This document shows, in pieces, positions 50,601 through 54,791 of a stretch of 54,791 bases of DNA; positions within the stretch are counted from its first letter, which is position 1; every line of letters starts with the position of its first letter. The translations under genes and the position numbers were made by a program. The stretch spans positions 1-54,791 of the forward strand of contig MQRK01237023.1 of the NCBI GenBank assembly GCA_001938485.1, in the 5' to 3' direction. The DNA comes from Girardia tigrina (lineage: Eukaryota). Below the pieces are notes generated by a model, which worked only from the letters and a program-made list of their open reading frames with translations, was not told where the DNA came from and made no database searches.

Positions 50601-52136
50601 CAGACGACTTTTTCATTGAAAACATTTATTTTATAATTTACACTTTTTATTTGTACAGATTTAATACGTCAAAACAAGCGATTATCTATTCGCAATTTTA
50701 ATTAATAATCATAACACAATTTGTTTTAAAGTTTGTTAATTAATAGTTTTTATTTAAATTATTGGGGAACCCTAAAGTCCATGTTAAGTTTTAAATTAAT
50801 TTGTTAAAAACTATTTTAATAAAATAACTAACCTCAGGAACGCACTGAACAGGAAGATCGATACTATTCACAGAATCTATTTTGAATCTAAAAAAGGTTT
50901 TCGAATATCCCGCCTCGATCTTAAATAAATAAATTATTAATTATGATGCATAGATAAATTTGTATATAATATGTTTATATATATGCTGTTTTTAGTGATT
51001 ATTTGATTCTACTCTATAAAGGAGCTTATTGGTTATGTGGTTTCCTGAATAATATAATGGATTGACTGCAGTATAGTTCAAGTCAACCTGTTCGCTTCCG
51101 GGCTTCATCCCCAAGTGGGGGGAGCATAATGCTGAGCCGTGTCTCAGGATTGCTGATTATCCGAAGACAATTATGATTTAATATCTTCAGATTTTTCAAT
51201 TTTAATATCGTTTTCATTGCTTGATGATTTGTTTAAATTGCGAATGTATGTCGACGTTGTCCAATTTAATTTTAACGGTTCACATTTTTAAATTAATTTT
51301 CATGATTTAATTTTTATAAGAAAATCTAAAATATTTTTGACTTACAATGAAATAGCAATTATTATTTAAACAAAAGTAAATTCAGAATATATTTTAACGT
51401 GTTTTTTCACACAATTAATTTCAAATTTGTCTTTGAAGAGATTTACGATTTGACTCTGGCTTTGAATTGTGAATTTTGAGTTGTTGTGGGAGGGAGACAA
51501 GAATACAACAGAGCTGTTGATAGAATATACGAATTTCATACGCTGGTTATAATGTATAGGTTTTCTGATTTTCTATTATAACCCTTGCAATATAATATAT
51601 TTGTGATCTAATCGTAAATTGCAATAGCCTAACTATTAAAGACTTCAACTTTATTGTCGTTCGTAAATTTCTGCAGATCAGTAATTGAGTAACAAAAGTC
51701 CTAACTAAATTCACATTTACAACCAATGCAATACGTACTTTACATAGAAGATATGAAGCACATCGTAAAAATATACAACGAGTATTTTCAACCCCTGCAC
51801 TCTACATGTTAATAACTCAATGAATAGTACAAAAATATCCCTGTTATAGTGGAAGCAGATTTTGAATAACCAAAGTACTAAATACTGTTTTAACAGAGGC
51901 AATAATATTGTATTCAGCTCTTCATAATGCGAGGGATGATATTATTATATTACTTTATAATAAACAAAGGTTTTTCATAAAAAATAATTTAGTTTAATAT
52001 TGAAATTAATTATTATGATATAAAAGAAATAATTTTATAGTAAAAATAAACGAAATGACTCACTGAATCAATAGAGTATAGAGAACTCGAAAATGAACCA
52101 TCTACATTGTCTTCAGTCGGCAATGGAATACATTCT
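12889..52136 (-). CDS. vav: Vav-family Rho/Rac GEF-like gene, exon 2 to last exon (linker-DH-PH-C1-SH2-SH3), multi-exon
   Basis: About 17 GT-AG exons chained by hand with matching phases give the domain order DH-PH-C1-SH2-SH3, which is diagnostic of Vav. Many segments align to Vav1 motifs (HLLL, LFF..W..FE.A, FQGY.C, GTFLIR, GYIP..YV). One mid-PH junction between 39265 and 28908 is unresolved. Confidence 0.9.
13431..13701. repeat. Near-perfect palindrome, arms 13431-13555 and 13578-13701, 22-nt spacer
   Basis: The arms are reverse complements over about 125 bp, with a difference only in the T/A run next to the TIR end. Confidence 0.95.
13639..14752. mobile_element. Foldback / MULE-like non-autonomous element with long TIRs of about 340 bp
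   Basis: 13639 to about 13985 is the reverse complement of about 14395-14752. GG/CC termini and 15-bp subterminal repeats (gatgaacgaacgcgg). TSD unclear. Confidence 0.75.
15090..15520 (-). mobile_element. Helitron-like non-autonomous element with a (TA)n tract
   Basis: Minus-strand 3' end has an acccttcat..ataacgggt hairpin followed by CTAG. Shares atctacttacaatt.taagta and agacaaatatat blocks with 17229-17461. Confidence 0.55.
15702..15850 (-). CDS. vav: Vav C-terminal SH3 exon (VLAIRDNDSSDRANVLHFRKNDVIKIISENTSNSDWLLGVLNNA)
   Basis: SH3 pattern A..D....L.F.K.D.I.I......W..G. The phase 1 start matches the preceding donor. Confidence 0.85.
16755..18480 (-). mobile_element. MULE/Mutator DNA transposon (internally deleted)
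   Basis: TIRs built of gcgactttaccgcg repeats. Exact 9-bp TSD aaaaataaa (16746-16754 / 18481-18489). Transposase ORF 18055-17462 (LAFVP, YF..TY, WNVY, TNNAIENWH) and C-terminus ILDYLRGVAHN at about 17225-17190. Confidence 0.92.
17229..17461 (-). mobile_element. Helitron-like insertion inside the MULE transposase
   Basis: Perfect hairpin acccgtcat-gt-atgacgggt before a minus-strand CTAG, plus a (GTCA)n microsatellite. It splits the MULE ORF. Confidence 0.65.
19736..20272 (-). CDS. vav: Vav SH2 exons 20272-20238, 20093-19886, 19838-19736
   Basis: YSKESWFVGELDRDGANEMLKITPPGTFLIRLS...FALSV...RHIEI...FSDLRELVKFFSLHPL: the W, alphaA Arg, FLVR motif and betaD His are present. Phases chain correctly. 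Confidence 0.92.
20321..23417 (-). mobile_element. hAT transposon (ZMYM1/DUF4371-type transposase), full length and decayed
   Basis: CAGTAGCGC / GTGCCACTG TIRs and an exact 8-bp TSD atgttaag. Motifs: TTF-type zinc finger (WF..WKWLDY...CYFC...GFCNWKK...HE...H), ISDGTAD..GREQLS, GQCFD.GANMAG, FVHCANH.LDL, CPTR*, PATSATSESSFSELRRLKT. Confidence 0.95.
25750..25994 (-). CDS. vav: Vav C1 (zinc finger) exons 25994-25861 and 25814-25750
   Basis: NNQYPPNYHENGYQFTMTTFENFAKCHFCERYLNGLFFQGYQCQKTKIISHGKC aligns to Vav YP....NGH.F.M..F....C..C...L.G.FYQGY.C..C....H..C. 46-nt intron. Confidence 0.9.
26150..26555 (-). mobile_element. LTR retrotransposon gag N-terminal fragment
   Basis: LPEKY...DIETF...YF......QEIFVRGLLSHELLPV, homologous to TQEILVIELLSHELLPIY at about 35560. 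Confidence 0.55.
27161..28425. mobile_element. Possible pogo/Tigger-like MITE remnants surrounding the LTR copy
   Basis: TA|CAGTGTACTCTCGATTAACCG start and repeated tgg(c/t)gg(c/t)t(a/g)a(g/t)agaaac motifs. No clean matching end found. Confidence 0.3.
27540..27970 (-). repeat. Diverged copy of the element-B LTR family
   Basis: Begins tgtggtgat..aa.at.aaacaaaaaaacat like 10534 and is colinear with 10534 to about 10860, apart from a 63-nt indel. Confidence 0.85.
28675..28908 (-). CDS. vav: Vav PH C-terminal exons 28908-28837 and 28790-28675 (...IKLFFESERDCQNWFRAFEQAI)
   Basis: Contains the PH terminal helix Trp and aligns to Vav ELFFKT..KKKWMEQFEMAI. The exons are separated by a 46-nt GT-AG intron. 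Confidence 0.85.
29510..29620 (+). repeat. Short dispersed repeat family (copies at about 190-300 +, 29510-29620 +, 34700-34860 -, 41330-41417 -, 54490-54610 -)
   Basis: Shared core ccatctgg.t.ggagag...aaat..aaa..caacatac. 29510-29620 is nearly the reverse complement of 54490-54610. Confidence 0.7.
29830..32379 (+). mobile_element. Chapaev3/CMC-like DNA transposon, decayed transposase
   Basis: MV*REPNDHVADCYFC, QSDLNDLVRDL.LSK, EWRLFMDTSK..LKAV, CADLKIV, PLHIELELMRNFVKAM, GIFVGPNIRK, KIHSLHSHLDFF..NLG...DQGERFHQDI..ME. Right end ...TTTTCCAGTG. The superfamily assignment is from recall. Confidence 0.75.
29880..30668 (+). mobile_element. MULE deletion derivative nested in the Chapaev-like transposase
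   Basis: TIR cacgtcaatttgtcgtggtaaattggtcggg at both ends. Exact 9-bp TSD aacctaaca (29871-29879 / 30669-30677). Carries the MULE C-terminus YLRGIAHNF. Confidence 0.9.
32780..33342 (-). mobile_element. mariner element 5' fragment (HTH region)
   Basis: TIR TATTGGGTTGGCCAAAAAGTCATTGCG; peptide IRHVLLHYFRKGKTTVQAHKKICFVYG...LKDAPRSGR...ITALIKSNPHMTTR. Confidence 0.85.
33247..33482 (+). repeat. Exact 118-bp tandem duplication that includes the mariner TIR
   Basis: 33247-33364 is repeated at 33365-33482. Confidence 0.92.
33780..34070 (-). mobile_element. Penelope-like GIY-YIG fragment (copy 1)
   Basis: RHICERIHEHSRR...SNIAGH..HC...NFKIL......WERVTCEALYIRSLDPKINVQ, homologous to 43150-43430. Confidence 0.7.
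35530..36290 (+). mobile_element. LTR retrotransposon gag remnant with a degenerate CCHC knuckle
   Basis: ESVEEYF...KEEIKRCILIHG...; YA*RETGHVRREC knuckle at about 36040-36080. Confidence 0.65.
37988..38718 (+). repeat. Tandem repeat, 338/339-bp unit, about 2.2 copies
   Basis: caaattttatcacaactgaatatttcaatgacaaattgcattgcgctcttatc starts at 37988, 38326 and 38665. The units are nearly identical. Confidence 0.92.
39265..39526 (-). CDS. vav: Vav DH-PH junction / PH N-terminal micro-exons (39526-39508 ITRISL; about 39362-39333 ELHRLKIILG; 39295 to about 39265 ITRTQVYLFE)
   Basis: GT-AG bounded 19-31 nt exons. FQKSI matches Vav FQ.SI, and QVYLFE matches the PH motif R.vFLF. The boundaries are ambiguous. 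Confidence 0.5.
39571..40303 (-). CDS. vav: Vav DH exons 40303-40235, 40187-39969, 39865-39773, 39716-39571
   Basis: Spliced peptide NYRNPLE..VFLYIE/QILKTH..IYGQYCSSL../..NLMLLPKKRIINYHLLLE/KLLSKTSKEHPDY..AM..L..FVTD..IDNFQKS. Introns of 47, 103 and 56 nt, all GT-AG, phases consistent. Confidence 0.9.
40793..41310 (+). repeat. Dispersed repeat of about 520 bp (copy 1; copy 2 at about 51338-51850)
   Basis: Colinear and highly similar to 51338-51850 in the same orientation. Unclassified. Confidence 0.9.
43150..43430 (-). mobile_element. Penelope-like GIY-YIG fragment (copy 2)
   Basis: ETSRHLCKRIQEHSR...SNIAGH..HC...HFKIL...E.LYIRSLDPKINVQ. Confidence 0.7.
43442..43618 (+). repeat. Tandem duplication of about 85 bp
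   Basis: atgaa.atttttaatatatcgaattat..agagttta.tatatgtaaaaattagttttt... occurs twice. Confidence 0.85.
44089..44184 (-). CDS. vav: Vav exon, DH helix 1 / CR1 (NRDHCIAEIVSGELNFVKSIRELIN)
   Basis: tttcag acceptor and gtaaga donor, 96 nt. Aligns to the DH start R..CL.EI..TE..Y...L. Confidence 0.85.
44301..44748. mobile_element. Solo LTR
   Basis: TGTAGTGA...TCACAACA inverted termini, flanked by catga/cataa (5-bp TSD, 1 mismatch). GC-richer than its flanks. Confidence 0.7.
46150..47396 (-). mobile_element. Tc1-like transposon, decayed
   Basis: TIR CAGTCGTGGTCATAATT next to (TA)n. Motifs RSGRLRITSKVTDRAI, RTIR*RL, KPAKKPRLS, FSDK, KVMIW, PGNSSDLSPIEN. Confidence 0.9.
48130..49071 (+). mobile_element. 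Second Tc1-like transposon, decayed, with an internal inversion
   Basis: RTIRRRLHE, MAWGCF, FQQD on the plus strand; CHT..IKSWF...IPVMPW on the minus strand; EEW on the plus strand. Right end gatacttttgcgatggcggag|TA. Confidence 0.8.
49300..49760 (+). mobile_element. Penelope-like reverse transcriptase remnant
   Basis: SFEVSSLYTSVPID (consensus SFDV.SLYTNVP), YTRYEDDIFLL (RYVDD), FSIE...FLDI. Confidence 0.75.
50833..50919 (-). CDS. vav: Vav exon, linker (IEAGYSKTFFRFKIDSVNSIDLPVQCVPE)
   Basis: 87-nt phase 0/0 open exon with ttaag acceptor and gttagt donor; a GC-richer island in AT-rich flanks. No motif support. Confidence 0.6.
51338..51850 (+). repeat. Dispersed repeat of about 520 bp (copy 2)
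   Basis: Colinear with 40793-41310. The minus-strand RDIFVLF is reminiscent of RT DDIF, but this is weak. Confidence 0.9.
52064..52136 (-). CDS. vav: Vav exon, post-CH linker (ECIPLPTEDNVDGSFSSSLYSIDS)
   Basis: catag acceptor and gtgagt donor; 73 nt (1+72). Resembles the Vav post-CH segment I.PFP.E....Y..L. Confidence 0.7.
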
Positions 52137-54657
52137 CTATGACAAATAATATTGTTGTCTATTTAGAAGATTTTAACCTTTGATATAACTTTTAATAACA
52201 GTTACTTTTGCAAAAGAATCCTTGATTAATGGAACCATATAACACTTTTCCACAATAATAACACTTCTCCACTGTTTTAAAAGTTTGGATTTGGAAATAA
52301 AAGCTGTTACTCATACAGCCAGGGGGATATAAATTGTCTCTACAATATATTAATGCTTGTCAATTCTAATACATACGTGGTCGGTTTGTGTTATTACAGA
52401 AAGAAAGTCTTTATATTTTCCCTTTACTTTAGATAAAAAAACATTAAAAACAAATATTATGGGTCTTTGAGTTCAAAATTGTTTTTATTTTTTTCAAGAA
52501 TAGGAAAAATGAAATTTCGATATTAAAACGGTCAAATCTTATTTGTATAAATTATCTTCTAAAAGACAAAGACTCAATGTGAGCATCGAAAACTTTACAA
52601 TTTTTTTTTTATTTCGATTCTTTCCATCAAGTCTTTTAGTTCGTCTTATCGCTCGATTTCTAAATATTCTACTTTTAAAATTGTATTCTTCGCACTATTT
52701 TGTAAAATTAAATCATTTAAAAATTTTTGACATTTTTATTTTTATATTTGAATAAATATTAACTATAAATGTTTATGAATTTGTTTAATTTAATCTGCTA
52801 ATCAACTTTTCACTACATCAAATATATGCAACCTCTCTATAAGAATATTTATAATATATTAATGTTTCTCAATTATCATAGTTATTATCATATTATTACA
52901 CAAAAAATGTTGCTGTAGAATGAGACACATTATTTTGTCACGTTGTTTGAAAGTGAAATTAAAATTGTTGTTTTAAAAATCACGAACGTTTTTGAAATTG
53001 TATTTTGATCGTGGAAATAAATCATTATTTTTCGTTCCTGGAATCACAGTTGCATTTATATTTTCACTTTAGCTTAGATATCTAATAATATAAAGATTTT
53101 TAATAATCAACCCAGAGCAAAATACGTATTTCCAAATTTAGTCTCATATGATGATATGTATCAACGCAGGTTTTGATGCAAAATTATGTAGAGTGAAATT
53201 TGATATTTTTTATGCTAAATGTTTTGCTGTGATAGCCGAATCTCGAAGTTTTAAGATCAAGAGCAGATATTTTATATCAGATATAAAATTTATATATAAT
53301 TCAAAAATATTTTGAATTTCAATTGACATCAATTAGAAATAAAAATAAATATAAAAATATTATATACTAAATTTCGGTATATAAGACGACCCTTTACTCT
53401 TACAAAAATGTCGAAAAAATATGGGGCAATGAAAATGAGAGTAATTTTGAAGAAAACATTTTTAATATAAAAATATATCCAGCTAGTGGCCATTAGAATG
53501 ATAATATTCGAAAAAAATATTAGGGAAAGCCGATTTTCAAAATTATCATTGTAATTGTTTCGATCAACATTGATTATCATCACAAAATATTTATTCCTTT
53601 ATTATGAAAATTTTATTTAAAAATGGTATTTATTTATTTTAATTTGATTTTATAGGATGACAAAAATAATAAAAAATATTTTGAGGGTTCTTCGTTTTTC
53701 TTATCAATGAATTATATTGTCTGATTACCAATGATTCACAATACAAATTATAATGTGAATTAAAATTCGTTTAAACAATAGAAAATTCATCCTTTGAAAT
53801 TGAAGAGATACTATTTTGGCTCTTTTTCGAGTAAAAACCTTGAATTATCTCATTTAAATCGATAGAGATGCGAGGAATGTTTGTAATGTTTCATGTTTTG
53901 TATTTGAATGTGGAATGTTGATTTGAAATTGTTTTCTAAACAGTTGGCTCATAATTATTTTAATGCTTATTATCTGAAACTAATATAATTTAGATTTAGA
54001 TTTAATGTTTAAATTTGTTTTTTCTTTAATGCCACTGTTAAATTTTAAATAATTTGATTAATTTTATTTTAAATTCATTAATGAATAAATACAATTAATA
54101 TTTTTAAATAATTAATATTCCTTTTTGTTTCAATCAATTAAAATCCTTGTAAATATTTAAAATGAATATCTAAGTGTCAAATTGATTTGGATAATTGAAT
54201 AAAATTATTAATCTACTTGAACGATGCATGCCTACGAGAGTTTGTTAATGATTATCTTAAGGACAATTAAAGTTGTAATAGTAAAAAAAATTCGCAAAAA
54301 TTATCAATTTTCTAAATAGTTCTTATCACGGAAAACAAAGAATTTCATAACACTCAGATACTCAACATGATGCAACGTTACCTGAAACAAATTTAAATTT
54401 ATTTTATCTTTAAATTAAAATTTATAATCATAACTTTTAATTAGTATTTAACCATTAATCTCATTAGATTTAAATAATTAATCAATAACATTGTAAGAGA
54501 TAATTTGAAATGTTGTAAGTTTGTTGTTTGTATGCTGTTTAGATTTGTGACTCCTACTCAGATGGGATGGATATGTTTATTGATTGATTATTTGAATCTA
54601 ATGAAATTAATTTAATGATATTAATTTTAAGTACTAATTAATTAAAGTTTGATAATT

Positions 54658-54791
54658 ATGAATTTTAATAATAAAGAGGCAGTAGTATATTTGGACGATA
54701 TTTTGGTTTTTGCAAAAAATAAAGAAGAGCATATGCAACGAATAAAAAATGTACTGGAAAAAATAAAGGAAGCAGGTTTAAGAATTAACCC
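54658..54791 (+). mobile_element. Ty3/gypsy reverse transcriptase fragment (truncated by the window end)
   Basis: KEAVVYLDDILVFAKNKEEHMQRIKNVLEKIKEAGLRINP, with an intact YLDD motif. Confidence 0.88.

Noticed and set aside
1-54791. tRNA, rRNA or prokaryotic operons
   Set aside because: No cloverleaf, rRNA-like or operon structure was seen. The only tRNA-related signal is the retrotransposon PBS.

Overview
Very AT-rich eukaryotic (almost certainly animal) genomic scaffold with 7 N-gaps. It contains one recognisable host gene, a divergent Vav-family gene on the minus strand, embedded in decayed and nested transposable elements. Hand-spliced GT-AG exons with consistent phases run from 52136 down to a TAA at 12889 and encode linker-DH-PH-C1-SH2-SH3. 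There is no N-terminal SH3, as in invertebrate Vav. The CH-domain first exon that should precede them lies at 1898-1465, about 11 kb DOWNSTREAM of the stop, yet its donor phase and peptide join cleanly onto the 52136 exon. This could be a scaffolding error, a tandem paralog or a real permutation. The DH domain has lost several GTPase-contacting signature residues and the C1 domain has lost one zinc site, while the SH2 pocket looks intact. TEs include two head-to-head Ty3/gypsy elements, gag/RT fragments, solo LTRs, hAT (8-bp TSD), MULEs (9-bp TSD), Tc1/mariner, a Chapaev-like transposase, Helitron-like ends, Penelope RT/GIY-YIG remnants, a piggyBac-like MITE, and several TE-anchored palindromes and tandem duplications. 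All alignments were made by eye, and no database searches were run.
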